Shown here one piece after another: positions 25,401 through 36,552 of a DNA stretch of 63,631 nucleotides. Where the stretch lies: NCBI RefSeq assembly GCF_000181795.1, contig NW_003526940.1:2593502-2657132 (forward strand), given 5' to 3'. The notes under the pieces are model-generated. The model ran no database searches. It worked only from the letters and a program-made list of their open reading frames with translations, and was not told the origin of the DNA. The translations under genes were made by a program, and so were the position numbers. The DNA comes from Trichinella spiralis. Lineage: Eukaryota. Position 1 is the first letter of the stretch. Each line of letters starts with the position of its first letter.

Positions 25401-28157
25401 GTATAATAAAATTAAAAGGTTGAAAATTAATGAAAAATAAATATTGAAAGTAATAAAATTATAGTTTACAGAATATTTATTCTAAATTATTTTTTCTTTG
25501 TTGTATAATTAGATGAATATAACAAACTGTTATGTTGTTATATAAATTGGAATGCAGTTAAAAATTGGCAATGCATTTTTTAACTTTAGAAGAGATAACA
25601 TGCATCAGTAGTGATTCACTGGCTAGATATTCTGGAACACGAGCGACAACAGTTTCAGGGCATGCATGCTTAACATGGGAGGGCGCAAAAGAAGTGTCTA
25701 AGGAAATCAGTGTGTATAAAATGGCAACACCCCACAGACTTGGTTTTCCATCATTGAAAGAAGCGAATAATTACTGTAGAAACCCAGATAATGATCCAAG
25801 TGGGCCATGGTGTGTGGATTGGAGTTTAAAAAAAAGATATTGCTTTTTCCGGTGTGATGATACAGGTAATGCAAATTTCCATTTGTAATTAATTGTCGAT
25901 TAAGTAACGTTACGTTTTATAAAAGTAAGGCTGTTTTTGCATCATAAGCGGATATTTTTCAATTTGACATTTAACAATCAATTCAAAAGTTTATATATAA
26001 ATGCAGTCGAATTTGGTTAAGTGCACATGGAATTTGGCAAGAATTTCCATGCACTTATTCAAGTTGTGCACTTATCGAAAGTTGGGAATTATGCAGAGTA
26101 ATTAAAAGGAGCAATAACTTCACATTTACGAATAGGTTTAATGCGAAAAAATGTCCATTTATTTCATGCAAAATAGTCGGGAATGTAGATTTGAATTATG
26201 GTTACAAGCGATTATTAGCAGTTTTTGTGGCACCAGCGTTGGCTAGCTGCTCTTCAATTTAGTCCAGGTTTGTCAGATTTATGCTGTTTTTGTGAAAATA
26301 TGACTGAACTGTCATCAGATCTGCGACTGCTTCCTTGTGAGTAACTTCCTGGGAAAGCAGTAGTTGTTTTGATTTGGACTAGTTGATGTTGTCTGTGAGA
26401 TGCTTGCTTATTCTAATATAATAAATAATAAACTTTGCTGAGCATCAGATGAACGTAAAGCAACCAGGAACGCACCTATTGTGCAGCTAAGGACTATGTA
26501 TTGCAAACAGTAAATCCCGTGGACCACAGTAATTAGCACTTAACCAAGTTGTGCACTTTTCCACTATTTTACTGTATAATTAACTACAGGGAATTTTGTT
26601 AGGCCAAAATATTGTGCACTTAACCAAGTTCGACTATAATATGCAATAATTGCAATGCATTTTAACCTCCTCAAATTATGGTAGGGCAGTGGAAATTTAT
26701 GGTTAAAACTGTGGTCACATAGAGCAGCTAAAATGTAAACATAAAGGATTGAATAAGGAATGAAAAAGCATAATAAAATTTTCTTTCCTATATCATCTAA
26801 TAATAATAAAAGCAATATGCTGTTTGAATGTTCATATGATAAGCAGTATTTGCAAGCGAAAAAAGAATTTGCAGTTTATTTGACAAACTGAACAAAGAAA
26901 TTGAAAATTTTTTATCATAGACAGTTCTATTTATTAATTTTATTTCTGAGCCTTTAATTTTCATAAAATTTATTTTACATGGGAAATAATTTTAAGAATT
27001 ACGTTGCTTGGATACTGACGTCAGACAAATGGTCCAATACCAAGGTCCAAAGGCAACAACCGTTACTGGAAAGCGTTGCAAAAAGAGATTGGGATGTATG
27101 TGTTCATTTGAAGTTTGTACAATTTAAGTTTTAAAAGTTCCATTTTAAGATACTGTTTTCTGTCGCAATGATGACTTTCATCCTCATGGACCGTTCTGCG
27201 TTACAGAAGAAGGAACAGAAGAACCTTGTTTTCCTTTATGCACAGAATTTTACCGTAAATTAATGCATTTTATTAATTTTTTAATCTAATTGTTGATTTT
27301 ATTAATTGTTTAGAAATGTCTACAAAGTACAAGGCGGTGGAAGATGTTTTTAAATTAGCTGACAAAATTTTATCCAAAAGAGGAGATGTTTTCGTTTACA
27401 AAACAGTATAATAAGAAATGACTAATTTCTTGTAGAAATATTACATTACATTGTTTAATTTAGAGCGGAAAATACAGACATTCACAAGCTGACAGCCAAT
27501 TGAAATTCGCCTTTTGGACATTTATTGGAGCGTTGTTAATTCTTACTTTGTCGTGCGTTTGTTTTCCACTTCTTCGATTTATGCCGGTGTTGCGTGGATA
27601 TATTGCTGCCCATTCTCTTCTTACACCCGAAGATCAAGGTAAGAGAAATTTAACTTTATTTCGTACATTATTATTTTATTTATGATAAAAATTATTATTA
27701 ATACATTATGCACATATGCATATACATACAATGTACTTGTGCTGTAAATGAAAGTTTTAATTACTTGAAACATTCCTTGTGTAAAACATTTATAACGATA
27801 ATGTATATAACTTTTGGAAATAGATAAATAATTTGTATTATTTTAATTACTGTTCTGTCCAAACAAAGTTGTCATGTATTAATATGACTATAATTTTTAC
27901 TATTTTGTTTAAATATTTTAATTAATAAATAAATGATTGCATGCATTGTTGCTGCAAATTTTACCTTAAAACAGCTAAATTCCCAGAATATACTTTCTTT
28001 CAAACGCTGTATATAAAAGTATTGTATCATTTCAGGATATCGTAAATTAGTTCAAGTTTTTCATGAAAACGGACGACTGCCACCATCATTTGAAGATTTT
28101 AAGAAGAAGAAAGCCAAACTTCCTCCTAATGCTGATCCGGTGTTGCTTTTGAAATAA
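22408..28157 (+). CDS. Type I membrane protein with seven kringle-like domains, no protease or kinase domain (about 17 exons, roughly 770 aa)
   Basis: Signal-peptide exon MAAKLGIYFTSLFLLFS. Repeated 6-Cys units with kringle motifs (GTPCSPW..HNYCRN..GPYC; GHACLTW..NNYCRNPDNDPSGPWC; NLCRNLG..GPWC; FCRNDD..GPFC). TM FAFWTFIGALLILTLSCVCFPLL. Short basic tail ending ...PVLLLK*. All exons join in consistent phase through GT-AG introns. Confidence 0.85.
26004..26636. mobile_element. Non-autonomous pogo/Tigger-like (Tc1/mariner superfamily) deletion derivative, about 630 bp, in an intron of the kringle gene
   Basis: Terminal inverted repeats CAGTCGAATTTGGTTAAGTGCACA and TGTGCACTTAACCAAGTTCGACTA, followed by TA on the right. 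Subterminal CACTTAWYCAAGTTGTGCACTT copies at about 26051 and 26537. A broken minus-strand peptide (EVTHKEAVADLMTVQSYF) resembles a Tigger transposase C-terminus. Confidence 0.7.
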
Positions 28158-28575
28158 TCGAATTATCATTATTTCGAGTTATCTCAAAAATTAAAAATGT
28201 TAAGAAATGAAATTGATGATTTGATGAACAGTGAAATTTGTTAATCAAATCGTTAAATTATTCATACGAAATGAATTTAATTTCCAATAACAAAGCATAT
28301 CCTCAATACAATGCAACATACTGTTGAAAAATCAAATTGCAATGATTGCTAGAACATGCTAGAACTGCGTCATGACTTTCGTTTGGTACATATTAGCTGG
28401 TTCTGCTGTTGTTATTCTTCTTGTTCTTGAAAAATAATCTACTTACAAGTGAAAATAAATGAGCTTTTTGAGTTCATATTGAAACGGAGCTTCATTCAAA
28501 AAATCTAAGGCACATCAAGCCTTTTCTGTTTGCCATTTTCGTGCAAAGATCACATTTGCTATAATTATATGGAGC

Positions 28576-31500
28576 TCATAAATTGGGGGTCGATTGCGTA
28601 CGTCTGTTTGGCAGTTCTGATGTTCCCGTTTGCTGAGATTTTGGTAAAAGTGGTAAATGACGGTGATCAAAGCCGTGCTTTAAGCAATACCTTTCCCAAG
28701 AACATTTGATTACATTCACTACCTAAATATGACTGACGTTAAAATGAAATTATATTCATGTACAATTTCAAAAAAAAGTTCTTTTAAAGAAAATTGCAAA
28801 TAAATAGCACAAAAAGCTTGAATTAAATTTAAATTTATGAATTTTAAAATAAAACATTTTACCTCACGGTTTGTAAAGCAATACAATACAGCAACCATAA
28901 AGCCTTGAAACATGTAGAAAAAAGATGCGACATAAGTAAAAATAGCAAATCCCACGATATTATTTGTTGTAGGATTGAATGGAATTGTCTGCAAAATATT
29001 TGGTGTGCCTAACAGCGGTATGAGCATGAGAGCTGCTTTGACACTTTTTCTAAAGTGAATTGCATCAGAGAGAGCAACAAAACTAATGTTCCAGTGAAAA
29101 ATGGCTTACTTCATTTGTTGACGCTCCCTTACTGAATGAGTTTCTTTCACCTTTGACCAAAGAACTCGAATAATATTTAAAAGGAATATAAAATTTATCT
29201 ATAACTCAAAATAAAATTTAAAATATTGTAAAATAAATATCTTTTTTGGTAATACTAAAAGTTCTGACAGTCGCACTCCGTCCATTATCCAGAATTCTGG
29301 CTCAAGGTAATAATTGCCAAGACATCTAAAAATTGCTAATTAATAATTTTACAATGAAATTAAATTAAAAATTAATTAACCTATTCGTCTTTCGATATGC
29401 ATTCTTCACAATTACTACAATCAACCATACTGACACATGAATCAGGGGTATACCTGAATTATTATTATAATTGAACGTTTTGCAGTTTTATTCAATTTTG
29501 CGCGAAATATTCATTACCCCATCCAGCAATGATGTATTTCAGCATTTTTGGTTCACCTTCAAATACTGTCACAACGACAATATTGTGCAAGTAAAATCCT
29601 TCAATAAACATCCATGCAAATGCTACTGTTTTGCCATATTCCAATGCCACATAAAATGCTTCACATAGATAATTCTAAATTAAAAATTTTTTTAAAAGCA
29701 TTCAATTATGAATCGAATTAAAAGTTATCAATAGATTTAATATATGTAATTTATTTGATAAATAAATCCATTTAATATGTAAATTGTGAATTAGAAATGA
29801 ATTACAAACTTGCTACTCACCATTGAATTGATTGTTGTGCCCACCTGGCCTGGCTTGATTGTGTCAATACGTTGTGTGAATATTTGATCAACATATAACA
29901 CCAAGCGAATAACAACAGTGAGCAAAATGGCTAACATCAATTGAAGGTGAACTTGATTTCGAAAAACTCGTAACCGTCTGTATAAAGATAACAAAATTTC
30001 AATTAAAAATTATTGAAATAAATAAGTAAACTAAATAATAAGCAAATAAATCGATACACATAATTATACAATTACCTGAAAACGGAAAAGATAATAATCG
30101 CAGTTATTAAGCCGACGAAGGATAAGGCTAAGCCGACAAATTCTAAATTGCGGGCCCCGCGAGCAATACTTTGAGCCTTCTAAAATAATGAACAATCAAC
30201 AAACAATGAAAAATATTTTGATTACTATATAATACAGCGTGCTTTATTCAATTTACAACTTTTCCTCGCAAAAATCACATTGAATTAAAAATAAAGCGGA
30301 CATTTTTGATAATAAATAAAAAAAAAATTCACGTTACTTCTATAACTTCCCAGTCGATCAGCATGCAAGTGTAATAATTGGTCCATCCTGATGGATTTGA
30401 AAAATCGTCTTCAGTTTGGCCAACCCAATGGCCAGAATTATGGCAGTACTTAGTGACCGTTTCTGAAATACATGCGCATAATTTTACCCTTGTTATTATA
30501 CAAGATAGGATCGTTTAAAAAAATTACCGCAATGATGAATATTTAAATCAGTGTAAAAATATTACGTCAAACGGTTGAAAAAATTTTAAAATATAAATTG
30601 TGCATTTCTGACATTTGTTTTTGCAATGGAAAAAAACTACGAATCTGACCAACTGTTGTGATGATTGATTATCATAGTAAATTGCTTATTTACTAAAAAT
30701 AAATAACTTTGCTAACTGATAAGAAATGAAAATTATAATTTCATTCAGAAGAGACCAACCGAAACCAATTATTTTGGCAAATGTAAAATATTTTATTTTC
30801 TGAAATAAAATCCACTTTTCAACATATATCCTAATTAATATATTGAACTGCTATCAAATGAAAATGAATTCAATCAAAAATGGCATCTCATCTTGTCGTA
30901 TAAGCTAGTTCACTACGGCATATTACGTAAGAGTCGACGTTGTAAAATTTAATTGCCATTCTATTTGCCATTCAGCCCCAAAAATTACAATGCAGATTGA
31001 TTTGATTATTCATAGCATCTTTATTAAAAAAATAATGCCAACTTTATTGGCAAGCATTATTTTTTCTGCGGTTGAATACAAAAAGTAATAAAAATTTAAA
31101 GTTTTATTTTAAAAATATGAAAATGTTCTCAATTTTTGTAAAATTGATTTGGAAAAATTGATTGTACTTTTTATTATATTACAAGTGGATTGCAACGTAA
31201 TTCAAAAAATATTTTTTGCAATATTCGCAGTAAAAATAATGAACTTTTAATGATGAACTAATTTTTATAATTGTCCGCCAATTAATTATATTTTAATTTC
31301 ACTTAATTTACAGTTAATTTCTTTAATATAAGAATGCTTTCTAAATTTAAAACAAATGCTCAGAAACGTTAATTAATGCCAACTTGACATGACTTAATTG
31401 GAAACTAACTACTCGATAAAATAAGATTGCTTAATGCTAAAATGGGACATTTTGTTGAAAAGCATGCAATTTCTGAAAAGAAATAATAAATTATAATATT

Positions 31501-34500
31501 TCAACAGCAATAAATTTAATAATAATAATAATAATATTTCATTGAATTAAAATGAAAAAAAATTAAATTGAAGATTATGTATTGTAGTTGTATCTTTAAT
31601 CCTGTTACAACAGTATAATATTTTGCACAGAACAGCATTAATTTATGTTAAATTTATTCACAAGCTTCAAAGTAAACAAAATTATAATAAACAGCATGCG
31701 TATATTGCACTTTTAATCATTCTTTTGTAAACACAAAATAAAAAATATTATTATAATTTTATGTGAAATATTACATGATAACATTTGAATGCAATTTCAC
31801 AGAATGAGAATAATATTTTAGAATTAAAAAATTCTACACTAATATAAAGCGTAATTTTATAAAAATATCAAAAATAAAGTTAGCTTTAAATATTTTTTGT
31901 TTACTTTCTCACGTAAAAATATTAAAAAGTGCTCGAAATATATAATAAAATTTCCTGAAAGAATATTAAGAGAAAAAAATTGTTTTTTTTGAAAAAATAA
32001 AATATTATAAAGGTAGATTAAGTGTGTTTGCTATAGGAAATTTATTTATTATGAATTTTTAGTTGAAAACAAATCGAACGAAGAATGAATATGAAAGTTT
32101 AGTGATTTCGTGTTGTCGGCAAAATTTGCTTTCCCCATTTTCAAAGAGAGCACTTTTAGCACTTTTATAACGAATTCAAAAGCAACAACTGGCGTTGTTT
32201 AGTAGCTTTTCAGCAAAAATAAACGAGAAATTGAACACTGCCATTTGTCAAGTAAGTTTCATAAAATCTTTCAAATGTATTCACTAAACGATGACATATT
32301 GATACAAAGATAGTAAACTTTTAAATAAATAGTATATTTATTTTTATGTTGGAAAACTTGACTAAAATTTAATAGAAAACTTATGTTTCTCAATAAAAAA
32401 TTTCTATATTATTTATTTATAAAAAAATACTTTCACTTTTTAACATTTCATTTTATTATTATTACATTGATAAGTTGTAATATTGAAATAAATATTGCTT
32501 GTTTAGTGTATATTCAGTCGATAAAGTGTAATTTGCGGAAAGTACAAAGACTATATTTTTAAAAAAAAATTTGCTATAAAATTCAATGCAAATAATATAA
32601 AGTATGACATTTTTAAATTTAAAATATCAATCAAAGTGATAAGAAAATTTGCAAATAAAAATCATAAAGTTGTCGATTTGATTATACGCAGTGTGTTATT
32701 AACCATTGAAGCTTAGAGATGGCTTCCAGCTTGTGTGAATCGTCAAATTAATATAAATCTAAATTCTGATTGATTGGTTATTTGAATTTTCATCCATATC
32801 AGTGCAATAATGATGCAAAAGAGCAAAAAGTATCCCATACTGAAATTAGCCAAGTGTTTTCCCATTGTCGATAAGATTATATTTACATGGAATACAAAAT
32901 TCCAAATTGCAAACTGATAAATGAAAAGTGTAAATTGAATTTTCAAGTGCACCAAAAACAAACATCATATAGTTGATCAATCACGAAGCAAGAAAGCAAG
33001 CTCAATAAAGAGAGAGAGAGAGAGTAAGCTAAGTTTACGCTTTATGGACTTGAAAAACTTTTTCGTCCATGCGGAGCAAATAATTTTCCCCATTACCAAA
33101 GCTAATAGTGATGATGATGTGTGCTGAGCGAATTATTTAAAATTTGGCAATTTTACATTTTCGGCATCCTGCTACCAAATCAATTGATCAGACGTTGTTG
33201 AATTCCCATTATTGAAATAATACATTTCTAATTAATTATTTTAAATTCTAACCCACTCATCTACGTGCTAGAGATAGATGGCTGAATTTTTCAAATTTCA
33301 CATGCGACGCAAATGAAAATTTGCAATATTAACTAGCAGAATAAAATTATTTATACATCATCTGCTCGTTTATTTATTATTTTTCAATTTATTACTATTA
33401 GTATTATGAACGAAATTCAGAGGGCAGTAGTAGAAAATAAATGGGAGAGGAAATTTATTGTTCTCTTGTTTATCTATCCCTTTATCTATATACATATATA
33501 TATATTGAAAAGCATAACTTATGAGCGAATGAAAGCGCAGTGCGTTTTTCAGCATGCTACTGACTGTGTGCTGCTTCCGTTCCGTTCACATACTGCGAGC
33601 TGATCTTATCTGCATTGATTTGTTGGCAACTTTTGACATTGTTTCCCCGTCAAAATTACTCTGCCCATGCCAAATAAAGTGAACTTAAAAGATAATTCCG
33701 AAATGAAAATTGCATCTATCTGATTGACAAAAGCAGAGGCAACATTTTGTCCACAGCCGTTGTTTGATCAATAAATTTTATACCTCCCACCGAACGGATA
33801 AATGGATTAATGTATCGTATACAACAGCAGCAACATCAACCAACGGCTGAAACATAATCAAAGTCGTGTACAGACAAATGGAGACGTACTTTTTACAACA
33901 GTTTAAAAAAAATTAGCGCATTTCCCCTCCTCTGGTGTTTTAAAACAACACTAGAAGAAAAAAGCGTCTCTGTGATGATGAGAAAGAAAGCCGTTTAGCT
34001 TTTGAGCAACAGCAGCAATAATAATCAATCAAAGAAATGAAGTCATTCCCAATACTTCATGTCACCTTTACAGATATAAATTGTTAATGGTGTTATTCAA
34101 CATTTAAAATTTCAAATATCTAAAACTATAAATTAGTCTATTCAAAAAATAATAAACAAAATGCGGAAGTACAATCTTCTCTTTCATATTTTTGTCATAT
34201 TTATTAACATAAAATTGATTGTTCATCAAATTCATCACAATATGGATTAATCTTCAAATTTATACGCCTTCCATTATATTTGTTATTATTTGGCGCATTT
34301 ATTTCTAAGATATACAACTATAATCCAATTGTCTTTCAGTTCTTAGGGTTCTATTTAAGGTTAAACTATGAAAAATGAGAACATTATCAAATTAGAATGC
34401 ACTTTTTGAAATTTATGAAAAACAAACGCATCAAAATTTTTTACAACTATATGACATCTTCTCAAGTCATGCGTATAAATTAAATTTCAATAGATTTTTT

Positions 34501-36552
34501 AAATGTCATAATTTTCAAATAAAATACAAAATATATTTATTGCCTTCTAAGAATGATTATATAGTACTAAGAGAATGTAAAATTTAAATAAAGTGCTATT
34601 TTGAAATTTGCTTATATACATTTGTTTCAAGACAAGTAATGACTGAATCACCATGTTTTCTTTCCTTGGAAAGAAACAGCCGTTCTGCTTTGAAATTAAG
34701 CACGGCAATGTATTATTTATTTAAAGCATGTAATATGACACTTGAACAGAAAAGCTATTTTATTTATAGTATGGCATGCTGCAAAATTCACGCAACTAAT
34801 AAAAAGAAGAAGATTACTTTGCTAAGCACGGTAAGAAATTAATCAGTGTATTACAATTTTGAATACTGTCAAATAAGATATTTGGAATAGAAATTCAGGA
34901 ATCAAAAGATTAAAACTGTTTAAATTTAAATAGTAAAATTTCATCTGCCATAAAACTCAGGTTCCCATGTATATTTGATGCAAAAACATGATCGTTAGTC
35001 ACTTCGCAACAATTAGCTATTGCCTATTGCAAATCTATCAACAAAACAATTGAATTCAAATAAATCTGTCATCATTCCAGTGCGTTGAATAAAAAACTGA
35101 CCAAAATTGAGGATAAAAGGTCAATTACAGCGTTGTTTTTAGTTTCAAAGAGCAATTTGAAAAAATTGTTTGCATTCAGCATAATTTGACTGAACTTAGC
35201 GATGCGAATAATTTAGTAAATTGAATTTTAAAGTGAATTAAGATAAATTAAAAGTATAAAGTGAAGTTCAAACATTTTACTCGACTGATAACAGTAAACT
35301 GATTAATCTAATGCAATCCACATGAATCAATGAACAAATTTAACAGAAACTTTCGTGAAAATGCCGATAGGCTAAAATTAAACAACATCAACAAACATTT
35401 CCAAATTCAGCGTCATCAATTGACCAAAAATATAAAGAAATTATCATACGATTAAACGATGAACTTCAATAAATAACACATCATTATATATTGTAAATTC
35501 TTTCAGTCGCACTGCTGTGAAAAGAAATAATTCTATTTTCGATTTACTATAATTAGTTTGACATGTTTCTAAAATGATCCATTTTTAGGAAAAACACTAT
35601 AATTATCTTTGCGCAGCGAAGATTTTCTGCTTGTTGCAAAGCAACTACCATTATGCAATCAATTTTCAATTTACTTCTCCTCATACATTTTGTGAAAAAT
35701 AAGATTTCCTAAAATTACTATACAAAATATTTGCACTAAATTCTTCTTCTCTTTTCTTAAATAAATGTACCACAAAATTTTAAAATTGTAAAGATCTTTA
35801 CAAACAAATTGTTAAAAGTAAACAATATTAAAATTAGACTTTAACATTTTAAAATTAAAATTTAACTTTGAAAAATACAAAAATCCGATGAACATTTTAA
35901 ATTGATCATCTAAACAAAATTGGAAACTTTTTAATGACATTTGTGACAAATTTGAAATTTGTTTGGGCACAATTAATCCTAGCAGAAGAAGCGTTCGAAT
36001 GTTAGAAAATTTGTTCAGTCCCAAGATAATTGAAACAATTTCAGCTGAATGTCGGTCCAAAATCACAATCAAATGTTGTTGCTAGTGCAGAAATTTTCAT
36101 CCCAATCAACTAACTCAAAAAACAAATGAAAAAGCATTTTCAAACTTTTCTCATTTACTATTTGAAATTATGAATATCAAAAAATTTGAATTTTTTGTAT
36201 TACTTAATAATAAAATTAGTAGTTTTCTATATTTTTGTATAATGTCATAAATGCTTACTAGTAGTATCCAATCCTTTCAACGGTGGGCATGGCAATGTAA
36301 AGCTTGTATTCGCCGGAATGGCTGGCCAGCATAGTACGGAATCCCATGTGGCATTGCACCATGGAATAACAGCTGGAAAATGCAATAATCCAGATAGCTT
36401 CTTAAATGGTAAATTTTACATGATTGAAATACTTGCCTTCTAAAGGAGCTACAACTGGTTGGCCTGTAGCTTGTAGCGCTGTGATGCATTCATTGAAATT
36501 GGTAGCCATCAGACGATCAACTTTCGGCATCGCTGGGATATTTGAATTGTTG
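28576..36552 (-). CDS. pdfr-1: Class B (secretin-family) GPCR, pigment-dispersing factor receptor; 5' end uncertain (candidate ATG exon at about 40362-40407)
   Basis: Hormone-binding ECD CNATWDSVLCWP...PCP (36259-36372) and TKYCHNSGHW...GWTNYYTC (about 30338-30462). The 7TM motifs ARNLEFVGLALS, RRLRVFRNQVHLQLM, WMFIEGFYL, CLGNYYLEPEFWIMDG, KSVKAALMLIPLLG and FQGFMVAVLYCFTNREV closely resemble nematode PDFR-1. Confidence 0.88.
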
